Assembly (NCBI GenBank): GCA_030390025.1
Contig: CM059432.1
Coordinates: 149,608,001-149,672,000 of the forward strand
Source: Squalus acanthias
Taxonomy: Eukaryota
DNA length: 64,000 bases
Direction of reading: 5' to 3'
Shown here: one piece after another, positions 23,827-36,735 of the stretch
Layout: every line of letters begins with the position of its first letter
How positions within the stretch are numbered: the first letter of the stretch is position 1
The notes under the pieces: generated by a model
What the model was told of the DNA's origin: nothing
Seen by the model: only the letters and a program-made list of their open reading frames with translations
Database searches by the model: none
Made by a program: the position numbers and the translations under genes

Positions 23827-25973
23827 TTTGAACAAGGCATGCAAGAGCACCAGTTCAGGCTGGGTTGGAGGGGAGAAGAGTGCCAGGTCAAATTGGGGGT
23901 GGGGGGGTGAGGGTGTGGGGTGGAGAGGGAGATGAGAGTCAGCATGAATTGATGGGTTGGAGAGGGAGAGAGTATCTGTGTGCGTGGGTTGGGAGGAGGG
24001 TGAATGGAGCATAGTGCCTCTTAAAACTGCTGCCATGAGCTGGGATGGGGGGAGATCGAATGTCGGAGAATGACTGTTGAGGTAGCTTTTGGAGAAATGC
24101 TTTGTCTGTTAAAAACCCAAATAGCTTTTTGTTGTCTCTTTTTCAGATTAAAAATTATTCAAATGTGCTTTAAAGTTTTCTAATTAGCCAAACTGCAACA
24201 TTTTTAGTGCAAAAATTCTATATTGTCCAGACAAGAATGTCCCCAGAGCCCGCTAGTAAACCATCACTAATTCCCACACTTGTCGGCTTGGGGAGGGGGT
24301 GTGGCGGGGAGAACACATTTAAGAACATAAGAAATAGGAGGAGGCGTTGGCCATTCGGCCCTTCGAGCCTGCTCCGCCATTTAATGAGATCATGGCTGAT
24401 CTTTTACCTCATCTCCACTTTCCTGCACTATCCCCATATCCCTTGATTCCCTTAATATCCAAAAATCGATCTCTGTCTTGAATATACTCAACGACTGAGT
24501 CTCCACAGCCCTCTGGGGTAGAGAATTCCAAAGATTCACCACCCTCTGAGTGAAGAAATTTCTCCTCATCTCAGTCCTAAATGGCCGACCCCTTATTCTG
24601 AGACTGTGACCCCTGGTTCTAGACTCCCCAGCCAGGGGAAACATCCTCCCTGCATCTACCCTGTCAAGCCCTGTAAGAATTTTGTATGTTTCAATGAGAT
24701 CACCTCTCATTCTTCAAAACTCCAGTGTGTATAGGCCGAGTCTACTCAATCTCTCCTCATAGGACAATCCCCCCATCCCAGAAACCAGTCTGGTGAACCT
24801 TCGTTGCACTCCCTCTAAGGCAAGTGCAAGTATAGTTTTCCTTTGGTAAGGAGATCAAGACTGTCCACATTACTCCAGGTGTGGTCTCAACAAGGCCCTA
24901 TATGATGCAGCAATACTTCTTTACTCTTATACTCTAATCCTTTCGTAATAAAGGCCAACATGCCACTTACTTCCCTAAGCTGTACCTGCATATTAACTTT
25001 CAGTGATTCGTGTACAAGGACACCCAGGTCCCTCTGAACACCAACATTTCTCAATCTCTCACCATTTAAAAAATATTCAGCTTTTCTATTTTTCCTACCA
25101 AAGTGGATAACTTCACATTTCTCCACATTATATTCCATCTGCCATGTTCTTGCCCACTCACTTAACCTGTCTATGTGCCTTTGTAGCCTCTTTGTGTACT
25201 CCTCACAACTTACTTTCCCACCTAGTTTTGTATCGTCAGCAAAGTTGGACACATTACACTCAGTCCCCTCATCTAAGTCATTAATATTGATTGTAAATAA
25301 CTGAGCACTGATCCTTGCGGCACCCCACTAGTTACAGCCTGCCAACCGGAAAATGACCCGTTTATTCCTATTCTGTTTTCTGTCCGTTAACCAATTCTCA
25401 ATCAATGCTAATATATTATCCCCAATCTCATGAGCCCCAATTTTGTAGAATAATCCCTTGCGCGGCACCTTATCGAATGCGTTCTGAAAATCCAAATACA
25501 CCACATCCACTGGTTCCCCATACCTACCTTGCTAGTTACGTCCTCAAAAAACGATTAGATTTGTCAAACACGATTTCCCTTTCATAAATACGCGTTGACT
25601 CCGCCCAATCATTTTATGATTTTCTAAGTGCCCTGTTACCATGTACCTAATAATAGATTCTAGCATTTTCCCTACTACTGATGTCAGGCTAACTGGTCTA
25701 CAGTTCCCTGTTTTCTCTCTTCCTCCTTTCTTGAATAGCGGGCTTACATTTGCTACATTCGAATCCACGGGGAGCGTTCTATAATCTAGGGAAATCTGGA
25801 AGATCAAAACCAATGCATCCACTATCTCTGTAGCCACCTCTTATAAAACCCTAGGATGTAGGCCATCAGGTCCAGGGGATTTGTCGGCTTTTAGCCTCAT
25901 TAATTTCTCCAGTACTATTTCTTTACTAATACTAATTTCTTTAAGTTCCTCATTCTCACTAGACCCTTGGTTC

Positions 25974-26122
25974 CGATGCTCTCCCAATTTTTTTTTGGGT
26001 GCGCCGCCCATTCACAGTTTCGCGCCTGCGCAAAAATTAACATTGAAAAAGCAGGTCCGGGCTGCGCGGGACCAGCAGAGAGCTACGTGGCCCTGCAGCT
26101 GCACAGCTTAGAGGGAACGTTG
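25974..26122. mobile_element. hAT-type MITE nested in CR1
   Basis: 8-bp TSD cttggttc at 25966-25973 and 26123-26130; degenerate TIR, right end ttagagggaacgttg. Confidence 0.8.
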
Positions 26123-26228
26123 CTTGGTTCCCCATTATTTATGGAATGTTTTTTGTGTCTTCTTCTTTGAAGACAGCTATAAAGTATTTGTTAATTGTCT
26201 CTGCCATTGCCTTATTTCCCATTATAAT

Positions 26229-26869
26229 GGGCTGGATTTTCCGATCGGAGGCTCTCTGTGGGCGGATGCCCCCGATCGGGAAAAATCTACGTACTTACCT
26301 GCTGGCTCCGTAGGTCCCGAGACTTCCGATCCTGGGCCCCTCCACTACGAAATGTGCAGAGGCCCAGGTATCCCAGGGGCGCAGGCGGTTCGCAAGCGTC
26401 CCTGGGATCACGTGGGCCATGGGGAACCAATCAAAGAAGGGAATCCCCCTGCACACTTTTGACAGGTCTCTACACGCAGATGGGGATCACTTAAAAAAGT
26501 TAAACATTAAATAAAAACATTTTTAAATCACGCATTTAAAATGAGTTAAAATTACATTTAATTAAATATATTAAACAAAAATTTAATGAAAAAAAATAAT
26601 TAAAGTTTTTTACGGGGCTAAAAATAAACGTACCTTTTCTTACCAGGCGTAAGATTTTTAAAGGTTTTCAGCGGGCGGAGGTTGTGTAGAAAGCGGAACT
26701 CTCCCCCCCGCAGAGGCCCTTCTCCAGGGCAGGCGGAGGATCTGTCAAGAGAATTCTTCACAGATCGGAAGTGCTGGGTTTTAGTGCGTGCACTTCGCAC
26801 GCCTGAAACTGGCACTTGCGAGGCCCCTATGGGAGCGTACACACCCGTGGGGGTCGGAACATCCGGGCC
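26229..26869. mobile_element. PIF/Harbinger MITE nested in CR1
   Basis: TIRs gggctggattttccga / tcggaacatccgggcc; TSD aat at 26226-26228 and 26870-26872. Confidence 0.85.
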
Positions 26870-26990
26870 AATATCTCTGTCTCTGTCTCTGCCTGTAAGG
26901 GACCCACGTTTACTTTTGCTAACCTCTTCCTTTTTACTTTCCTATCGAAGCTCTTACAATCTATTTTGCTGTCTTTTGCTAGTTTACTCT

Positions 26991-27216
26991 TGACATGAAT
27001 CTGTCATTCATGACAGAAAGACTTATGAAATAATACTGTGCGGCCTGCGGGTGGCGCTGTCCAGGGTGAGTATAAATACTCGGGCACGGGCCAGCTTGCG
27101 CAGGACATTCTTAACAGGAACTAGTGAAGGACACAACGAGACCTCCATGTTGTAAAACAGTTGATTAAAGCTTTGTTTAACGCTTAGACCAAGTGCCTAG
27201 TAGTTTTCTTACGTCA
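26991..27216 (+). mobile_element. Solo LTR nested in CR1
   Basis: TGAC...GTCA ends, 5-bp TSD actct (26986-26990, 27217-27221), TATAAATA and ATTAAA inside; second copy at 54899-55127. Confidence 0.88.
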
Positions 27217-28399
27217 ACTCTCATATTCTATTTTCTCTTTCTATCAATTTCTTGGTCCTCCTTTGCTGAATTCTAAAATCCTCCCAATCCTCAGGCTTAC
27301 TACTCTTTCTGGCCACATTATAAGCCTCTTCCTTTAATCTAATACTATCTTTAAATTTCTCCTGTTAAACACGGTTGGACCATTTTTCTCGTGGGCTTTT
27401 TATTCCTGAAGGGAATGTATATTTGTTGTGAATTATGAATTATTTCTTTAAAGGTTTGCCATTGCTTGTCTACCGTCATATCTTTTAATGTAGTTTCCCA
27501 ATCTATCTTAGCCAACTCGCCCCTCATATCTACATAATTTGCTTTATTCAGATTTAAGACCCTAGTTTCAGACTTAACTAACTTAATCTTGAACGCAACA
27601 TAAAATTCTATCATATTATGATCACTGCACCCCAGAGGCTCCTTTACTACAAGGTTAATTAACCCTGTCTCATTGCACATTACTAGATCTAAAATAGCCA
27701 ATTCCCTAGTTGGTTCCTCGACATACTGGTCTAGAAGCTATCTTGAATACATTCCATGAACCCGTCCTCTGCACTAATTAATGCAAATTTTGTTTGCCCA
27801 GTCTATATGAAAGTTAAAGTCTCCCATGATTACTGCATTACTGAAACGACTGCACACCATTTTTAGTGTGCGGCCTGCAGCCCTGAGTGGAATTATCCCA
27901 CAGTCAACAAGGTGAGGTTCAGATCCTCAACTGATTTGAAAAAGAAAATGAATTAAAACCTTGTTTTCTCCCAGTGATATATTATTTGCTGCGACTGGGA
28001 GAAAAAGGTTTTAAAATAGAAAGAGAAATAATTAAAGAGTCGTTTTCAATACAGTCGAGAAATTGTCTCTTTACAGAAGAAAAAGGGGTGAATTTTTGTC
28101 TTTCATGTGTGGGCAGTAATCTGGCAGAGCGGGTCTCCGTCCGATATCGAACTTAACCAATTTTCATTTCATTGAAATCCACGGAAATGAAAATCGGTGG
28201 TTCCCATAACAAGTGGGTGATCTGCTCCACCAGTCTACTGCCCATGGGGTGCAGACAAAATCTTACCCCAGAAAGTAAGTGCCGAGCCCATTTTCATTGC
28301 AGGTTCCAAAAATATTCAGAAATGCACCAATTAAAGTCTCAAACATTTCTGGGATACCCCATGAAAATAAGTGTGTATTCAACATTTGTATTTCGCTTT

Positions 28400-28725
28400 A
28401 TAGTGAGTAGGGAAAGATTATTTCCTCTGGTTGTGGAGTCAGTGACCAGGGGTCATCAATTTCAAATTGTCACTGAGAATGAGGAGAGAGGTTTGGAGAA
28501 ATATCTTTACACGGAGCTTTGGAGCATTGAATGCTTTGTCGCAGGGAGAGGTTGAAGCAGAGGCCCTTACACCTTTAAAGGGAAGAGCAGATAAACATTT
28601 GAAGCAGAGAACGATACCGGCACATGGAGCAGTGGGATTATTTTTGGATTATTCTAGCAAGGAGCTGACACAGCCTAAGATGGGGCAAATGGCCTCCTTC
28701 TATGCTGTAAATTTCCATGGTTCCA
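28400..28725 (+). mobile_element. Old CR1 3' fragment
   Basis: RERLFPLVVESVTRGHQF..., degenerate CR1 3' end. Confidence 0.6.
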
Positions 28726-28920
28726 AGGTAACTGAGTCTGATGCAGAAGGCTCTCAAAACCAATTGTTTTCTCCTGAGTTCTGCACATGGCCCTTACAAC
28801 AGTCACCGCAATGGATTCACTAATTCGAACCTCCTATTTTGTTCAGTAAATGCTCTGATACCATTCTCCATGCTACTAGCCGCCATTCTGATGGGTGCAT
28901 GAAAGATGGTCTAACCTATA

Positions 28921-29392
28921 AAAGAAAGACGTGCATTTCTATAGCGCCTTGCACAACCACTGGACGTCTCAAAGCACTTTACAGCCAATGAAGTACTTTT
29001 TGAAGTGGAGTCACTGTGTAATGTGGGAGACTCGGCAGCCAATTTGCACACAGCAAGCTCCCACAAACAGCAATGTGATAATGACCGGATCATCTGTTTT
29101 TGTTATGGTGGTTGAGAGATAAATATTGGCCCCAGGACACCGGGAATAACTCCCCCCTGCTCTTCTTCGAAATAGTGGTCGTGGGATCTTTTACGTCCAC
29201 CTGAGAGAGCAGACGGGGCCTCGGTTTAACGTCTCATCTGAAAGACGGCACCTCCAATAGTGCAGCGCTCCCTCAGCATTGCACTGGAATATCAGCCTAG
29301 CTTTATGTGCTCAAGTCCCCGGAGTGGGACTTGAAACCCACAACCTTCTGACTCAGAGGTGAGAGTGCTACCCACTGAGTCACAGCTGACAC
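28921..29392 (-). mobile_element. DeuSINE (SacSINE1-like), full length
   Basis: Reverse complement of the 14172-14640 family. Confidence 0.9.
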
Positions 29393-29946
29393 TATAAGTG
29401 CAGTGGCTTGTTTTTATTGTGTGCAGCGAGTGTGTTCAGAGTGACGAGGGACCGTTTTTGTTCCATCTTGTGACTCACGAACTTGGTGTGGCACGGTCTG
29501 CCTCACGCACGACAAAGTGATTCCTTAATGGGAGCAATAAGTACGGCGTTTAGCTGTGATGTCTCCTCATGAGCCTTTTGGGATTCTGCTGGCCTGCGAT
29601 CTCCATGAGTTGGTGAGGCTGAGGGGCCGATATCTTGCCTGTACTTGCTGCGCGGAGTTATACGCTTCTGGGGAACGTGCCTGTCACTTGTGCAGGATCT
29701 TGTGAAAAATGCCATGAAAAAGGCGAACGGGGTTTTTGTTTTTATATAGAGGGGCACTGAATGAAATGTAAGGAGGTGATGATGAATCTGTACAAGACAT
29801 TGGTTAACGCCACAACAAGAAACTAGCAACAGTTTTGAGCATTTCATCACAGAAATATACAATTACTGGAATGGTACCAAGGAGGAGAGGATTTAAATGA
29901 AAGAGATTTGTAAAAAAATAAAGCTGTATTCATTAGAGCAGAGGTT

Positions 29947-30490
29947 AGAATCATGGAATCAGAGAAATTTAAGAGACAGAGGGAGGCCGTTCGGCCCATC
30001 ATGTCTGTGCCGGCTGAAAAAGAGCTATCCAACTAATCCCACTTTCCAGCTCTTGGTCCGTAGCCCTGTAGGTTACAGCACTTCAAGTGCACATCCAAGT
30101 ACTTTTTAAATGCAGTGAGGGTTTCTGCCTCTACCACCCTTTCAGGCAGTGAGTTCCAGACCCTCAAGTTCTCATCAACTCCCCTCTAATACTTGAACTT
30201 TAAATCTGTGCCCCCTGGTTATCGACCCCTCTGCTAAGGGAAATAGGTCCTTCCTATCCACTCTCTCTAGGCCCCTCATAATTTTATACACCTCAATTAG
30301 GTCTCCCCACAGCCTCCTCTGTTCCAAAGAAAACAACCCCAGCCTATCCAGTCTTTCCTCATAGCTAAAATTCTCCAGTCCTGGCAACATCCTCGCAAAT
30401 CTCCTCTGTACCCTCTCCAGTGCAATCACATCTTTCCTGTAATGTGGTGACCAGAACTGTACGCAGTAGTCTAGCTGCGGCCTAACTAGG
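29947..30490 (-). mobile_element. CR1 LINE 3' fragment
   Basis: [38 protein letters not shown]...; same subfamily as 5533-6087. Confidence 0.88.
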
Positions 30491-31035
30491 CTAAGAGGCA
30501 ATCCAGTAGATGTGTTCAAAAGGGTTTGAGAGGGTAAATAGTGAAAGATTATTTCCACTGGCAAGGCCCCCCTTCTTCCCTTCAGGAAGTCAATATGACT
30601 CACCTCGCTCGGCGTACTGACTGCAAAACATACATTAGGTCCCTTTAAGATCGAGGAAGCCCCTGCTCTTAGCCCCATCCCCTTTGAGTCAGTGGCTTTG
30701 CTCGTCTGCCCCCACACAAGGTCACTGGAAAGTTCAGGGCAAGGCCCAGATCCAGCATTTCGAGTTATGATGGGAATCCGCTGGAAGGCCAAGCAATTTT
30801 GGGACCACTGCGTTTATGGCAAGCAACTCTCCTCAGATATGTATCATTCACGGGGTTCTGACTTTACACACTAAGCAAAGGCACACAAAGAGTCAGAAAA
30901 AGAGGATGTAAATGAAATTGATTTTGTAGAATTACTACGACGAGGTCCGAGAGCTATGCTTCAGAGCCTGATGTTGGGCCGTTCTCCCTTCCACTATGCA
31001 TTACAAGTTACTGATAAATATTTACTTTAATTTAC

Positions 31036-31539
31036 TCTGCTGCCCGTGTCCTAACTCGCACCAAATCCCATTCACCCATCTCCCCTGTGCTCGCTGACCT
31101 ACATTGGTTCCCGGTTAAGCAGCGCCTCGATTTCAAAATTCTCATCCTTGTTTTCAAATCCCTCCATGGCCTCGCCCCTCCCTATCTCTGTAATCTCCTT
31201 CAGCCCCACAACCCCCCGAGATATCTGCGCTCCTCTAATTCTGCCCTCTTGAGCATCCCTGATTATAATCGCTCAACCATTGGTGGCCGTGCCTTCTGTT
31301 GCCTAGGCCCTACGCTCTGGAATTCCCTGCCTAAACCTCTCCGCCTCGCTACCTCTCTCTCCTCCTTTAAGACGCCCCTTAAAACCTACCTCTTTGACTA
31401 AGCTTTTGGTCACCTGCCCTAATTTATCCTCATGTGGATCGGTGTCAAATTTTTTGTCTTAAAACACTCCTGTGCAGCACCTTGAACGTTTTACTACGTT
31501 AAAGGTGCTATATAAATACACGTTGTTGTTGTTGTTGTT
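31036..31539 (+). mobile_element. L2 LINE 3' end
   Basis: SAARVLTRTKSHSPISPVLADLHWFPVKQRLDFKILILVFKSLHGLAPPYL...LWNSLP...LKTYLFD, 3' UTR, (gtt)n tail. Confidence 0.9.
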
Positions 31540-31540
31540 A

Positions 31541-34500
31541 ATGGTTAGTGTTTTTGGTGGTTAGTGTTTTTGGTGATTGGGGTTTTTGGTGATTGGGGTT
31601 TTTGGTGATTGGGGTTTTTGGTGATTGGGGTTTTTGGTGATTGGGGTTTTTGGTGATTGGGGTTTTTGGTGATTGGGGTTTTTGGTGATTGGGGTTTTTG
31701 GTGATTGGGGTTTTTGGTGATTGGGGTTTTTGGTGATTGGGGTTTTTGGTGATTGGGGTTTTTGGTGATTGGGGTTTTTGGTGGTTGGGGTTTTTGGTGG
31801 TTGGGGTTTTTGGTGGTTGGGGTTTTTGGTGGTTGGGGTTTTTGGTGGTTAGTGTTTTTGGTGATTGGGGTTTTTGGTGGTTAGTGTTTTTGGTGATTGG
31901 GGTTTTTGGTGGTTGGGGTTTTTGGTGGTTAGTGTTTTTGGTGATTGGGGTTTTTGGTGGTTGGGGTTTTTGGTGGTTAGTGTTTTTGGTGATTGGGGTT
32001 TTTGGTGATTGGGGTTTTTGGTGATTGCGGTTTTTGGTGGTTGGGGTTTTTGGTGGTTAGTGTTTTTGGTGATTGGGGTTTTTGGTGATTGGGGTTTTTG
32101 GTGGTTGGGGTTTTTGGTGGTTAGTGTTTTTGGTGATTGGGGTTTTTGGTGGTTGGGGTTTTTGGTGGTTGGGGTTTTTGGTGGTTGGGGTTTTTGGTGG
32201 TTGGGGTTTTTGGTGATTGGGGTTTTTGATGGTTGGGGTTTTTGGTGGTTAGTGTTTTTGGTGATTGGGGTTTTTGGTGATTGGGGTTTTTGGTGATTGG
32301 GGTTTTTGGTGATTGGGGTTTTTGGTGATTGGGGTTTTTGGTGATTGGGGTTTTTGGTGATTGGGGTTTTTGGTGGTTGGGGTTTTTGGTGATTGGGGTT
32401 TTTGATGGTTGGGGTTTTTGGTGGTTAGTGTTTTTGGTGATTGGGGTTTTTGGTGGTTGGGGTTTTTGGTGATTGGGGTTTTTGGTGATTGGGGTTTTTG
32501 GTGATTGGGGTTTTTGGTGATTGGGGTTTTTGGTGATTGGGGTTTTTGGTGGTTGGGGTTTTTGGTGGTTGGGGTTTTTGGTGGTTAGTGTTTTTGGTGA
32601 TTGGGGTTTTTGGTGGTTAGTGTTTTTGGTGATTGGGGTTTTTGGTGGTTGGGGTTTTTGGTGGTTAGTGTTTTTGGTGATTGGGGTTTTTGGTGATTGG
32701 GGTTTTTGGTGATTGCGGTTTTTGGTGGTTGGGGTTTTTGGTGGTTAGTGTTTTTGGTGATTGGGGTTTTTGGTGATTGGGGTTTTTGGTGATTGGGGTT
32801 TTTGGTGGTTAGTGTTTTTGGTGATTGGGGTTTTTGGTGATTGGGGTTTTTGGTGGTTGGGGTTTTTGGTGGTTAGTGTTTTTGGTGATTGGGGTTTTTG
32901 GTGGTTGGGGTTTTTGGTGGTTGGGGTTTTTGGTGGTTGGGGTTTTTGGTGGTTAGTGTTTTTGGTGATTGGGGTTTTTGGTGATTGGGGTTTTTGGTGA
33001 TTGGGGTTTTTGGTGATTGGGGTTTTTGGTGATTGGGGTTTTTGGTGATTGGGGTTTTTGGTGATTGGGGTTTTTGGTGGTTGGGGTTTTTGGTGATTGG
33101 GGTTTTTGATGGTTGGGGTTTTTGGTGGTTAGTGTTTTTGGTGATTGGGGTTTTTGGTGATTGGGGTTTTTGGTGATTGGGGTTTTTGGTGATTGGGGTT
33201 TTTGGTGATTGGGGTTTTTGGTGGTTGGGGTTTTTGGTGGTTGGGGTTTTTGGTGGTTGGGGTTTTTGGTGGTTGGGGTTTTTGGTGGTTGGGGTTTTTG
33301 GTGGTTAGTGTTTTTGGTGATTGGGGTTTTTGGTGGTTGGGGTTTTTGGTGGTTAGTGTTTTTGGTGATTGGGGTTTTTGGTGGTTGGGGTTTTTGGTGA
33401 TTGGGGTTTTTGGTGATTGGGGTTTTTGGTGGTTGGGGTTTTTGGTGATTGGGATTTTTGGTGGTTGGGGTTTTTGGTGATTGGGATTTTTGGTGGTTGG
33501 GGTTTTTGGTGGTTGGGGTTTTTGGTGGTTGGGGTTTTTGGTGATTGGGGTTTTTGGTGGTTGGGGTTTTTGGTGGTTAGTGTTTTTGGTGATTGGGGTT
33601 TTTGGTGATTGGGGTTTTTGGTGATTGGGGTTTTTGGTGATTGGGGTTTTTGGTGGTTGGGGTTTTTGGTGATTGGGGTTTTTGGTGGTTGGGGTTTTTG
33701 GTGATTGGGGTTTTTGGTGATTGGGGTTTTTGGTGGTTGGGGTTTTTGGTGGTTGGGGTTTTTGGTGGTTGGGGTTTTTGGTGATTGGGGTTTTTGGTGG
33801 TTAGTGTTTTTGGTGGTTGGGGTTTTTGGTGATTGGGGTTTTTGGTGATTGGGGTTTTTGGTGGTTGGGGTTTTTGGTGGTTGGGGTTTTTGGTGATTGG
33901 GGTTTTTGGTGATTGGGGTTTTTGGTGATTGGGGTTTTTGGTGATTGGGGTTTTTGGTGGTTGGGGTTTTTGGTGATTGGGGTTTTTGATGGTTGGGGTT
34001 TTTGGTGGTTAGTGTTTTTGGTGATTGGGGTTTTTGGTGGTTGGGGTTTTTGGTGATTGGGGTTTTTGGTGATTGGGGTTTTGGTGATTGGGGTTTTTGG
34101 TGATTGGGGTTTTTGGTGGTTGGGGTTTTTGGTGGTTGGGGTTTTTGGTGGTTGGGGTTTTTGGTGGTTAGTGTTTTTGGTGATTGGGGTTTTTGGTGGT
34201 TAGTGTTTTTGGTGATTGGGGTTTTTGGTGATTGGGGTTTTTGGTGGTTGGGGTTTTTGGTGGTTAGTGTTTTTGGTGATTGGGGTTTTTGGTGGTTGGG
34301 GTTTTTGGTGGTTGGGGTTTTTGGTGGTTGGGGTTTTTGGTGGTTAGTGTTTTTGGTGATTGGGGTTTTTGGTGATTGGGGTTTTTGGTGATTGGGGTTT
34401 TTGGTGATTGGGGTTTTTGGTGATTGGGGTTTTTGGTGATTGGGGTTTTTGGTGATTGGGGTTTTTGGTGGTTGGGGTTTTTGGTGATTGGGGTTTTTGA

Positions 34501-35602
34501 TGGTTGGGGTTTTTGGTGGTTAGTGTTTTTGGTGATTGGGGTTTTTGGTGATTGGGGTTTTTGGTGATTGGGGTTTTTGGTGATTGGGGTTTTTGGTGAT
34601 TGGGGTTTTTGGTGGTTGGGGTTTTTGGTGGTTGGGGTTTTTGGTGGTTGGGGTTTTTGGTGGTTGGGGTTTTTGGTGGTTGGGGTTTTTGGTGGTTAGT
34701 GTTTTTGGTGATTGGGGTTTTTGGTGGTTGGGGTTTTTGGTGGTTAGTGTTTTTGGTGATTGGGGTTTTTGGTGGTTGGGGTTTTTGGTGATTGGGGTTT
34801 TTGGTGATTGGGGTTTTTGGTGGTTGGGGTTTTTGGTGATTGGGATTTTTGGTGGTTGGGTTTTTGGTGATTGGGATTTTTGGTGGTTGGGTTTTTGGTG
34901 GTTGGGGTTTTTGGTGGTTGGGGTTTTTGGTGATTGGGGTTTTTGGTGGTTGGGGTTTTTGGTGGTTGGGGTTTTTGGTGATTGGGGTTTTTGGTGATTG
35001 GGGTTTTTGGTGGTTGGGGTTTTTGGTGGTTGGGGTTTTTGGTGATTGGGGTTTTTGGTGGTTGGGGTTTTTGGTGATTGGGGTTTTTGGTGGTTGGGGT
35101 TTTTGGTGATTGGGGTTTTTGGTGATTGGGGTTTTTGGTGGTTGGGGTTTTTGGTGGTTGGGGTTTTTGGTGGTTGGGGTTTTTGGTGATTGGGGTTTTT
35201 GGTGGTTAGTGTTTTTGGTGGTTGGGGTTTTTGGTGATTGGGGTTTTTGGTGGTTAGTGTTTTTGGTGGTTGGGGTTTTTGGTGATTGGGGTTTTTGGTG
35301 ATTGGGGTTTTTGGTGGTTGGGGTTTTTGGTGGTTGGGGTTTTTGGTGGTTGGGGTTTTTGGTGGTTGGGGTTTTTGGTGGTTGGGGTTTTTGGTGGTTA
35401 GTGTTTTTGGTGATTGGGGTTTTTGGTGGTTAGTGTTTTTGGTGATTGGGGTTTTTGGTGGTTGGGGTTTTTGGTGATTGGGGTTTTTGGTGATTGGGGT
35501 TTTTGGTGATTGGGGTTTTTGGTGATTGGGGTTTTTGGTGGTTGGGGTTTTTGGTGATTGGGGTTTTTGGATGGTTGGGGTTTTTTTTAGCGGTTAGTGT
35601 TT
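31541..35602. repeat. 16-bp G/T-rich satellite, about 4 kb (about 250 units)
   Basis: Unit ttggggtttttggtg(a/g) with variant ttagtgtttttggtga; almost no C on the plus strand. Confidence 0.97.
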
Positions 35603-35761
35603 CTGGGGGAGAAATTGGGCTGTGAAGCACCTGGTTTATTTCGGCGCTACATGGCCTAACGGTTGAAAATGGCGTCTGAGATGCGTGCGCGCACACTTCC
35701 GACGGAAAGTGCGCCAGAAACCATCTTGTTAAATGGGTTTGCGCGCACGCTCCTAACAGAC

Positions 35762-36348
35762 ACCAGGGCCTTGGTGAGACCACACCTGGAGTACTGTGCA
35801 CAGTTTTGGTCTCCTTATCCGAGGAAGGATATACTTGTCTAGGAGGCGGTGCAACGAAGGTTCACTAGATTGATTCCTGGGATGAGAGAGCTGTCCTATC
35901 ATGAGAGATTGTGTAGAATGGGCCGATACTCTCTGGAGTTTAGAAGAATGAGAGGTGATCTCATTGAAACTTACAAGATTCTGAAGGGGATTGACAGGGT
36001 TGATGCTGAGAGGTTATTTCCCCTGGCTGGAGTGTCTAGAACTAGGGGGCATAGTCTCAGGATAAGGGGTAGGCCATTTAAGACTGAGATGAGGAGGAAT
36101 TTCTTCACTCAGAGGGTTGTGAATCTTTGGAATTCTCTGCCCCAGAGGGCTGTGAATGCTGAGTCTTTGAGTATATTCAAGGCTGAGATCGATAGATGTT
36201 TGGACTCTAGGGAATCAAGGGATATGGAGATCGGGCGGGAAAGTGGAGTTGAGGTCGATGATCAGCCATGATCTTATTGAATGACGGAGCAGGCTCGAGG
36301 GGCCGAATGGCCGACTCCTGCTCTTATTTCTTATGTTCTTATGTTCTT
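35762..36348 (+). mobile_element. CR1 LINE 3' fragment
   Basis: QRRFTRLIPGMRELSYHERL...RRNFFTQRVVNLWNSLP; ttcttatg tail. Confidence 0.92.
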
Positions 36349-36735
36349 AATATTTCCGGATGTTTTTCCTTCCTTAACTACTGATGAAACAGGTTTAGAG
36401 GACAATCCTCTGTGTGGAATGTATAGCAAAAAAACAATTGCAAAACCGCAGAACGTGTTCAAGATTTAGTTACACATAACACACAGGGAAGTCTCTCCCC
36501 CAACCTTTGACCAGAGATGTCTGACATTACACAGCCGTGTTCAGGCATGTTTATTTGGATTCGGACGTCTATTGGCCTAACTTTCCGAAGCACAAATGTG
36601 CGGTTTGAAAGTTGGCTTTTATGTGTCTGTGATCTTATAATATTTTTACTCATTATTAACGTGCTTTAGATTTCCTGGTTACCGAGGAGTAGTGCCACGG
36701 GGGGAGGGGGATTTCCACGATCTCCTGCTGTGTAC

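Larger units (their letters stand above)
24320..27840 (-). mobile_element. Long degenerate CR1 LINE (EN end, RT, 3' UTR) carrying three nested insertions
   Basis: Minus-strand frames: SDHNMIEF (EN), RPVSLTSVVGK, DVVYLDFQNAFDKV, FADDTKL, RRNFFTQRVV; tail taagaacataagaa. Confidence 0.92.

Noticed and set aside
31737..35477. Many G/F/W/V-rich membrane-protein-like ORFs
   Set aside because: Translations of the 16-bp satellite.
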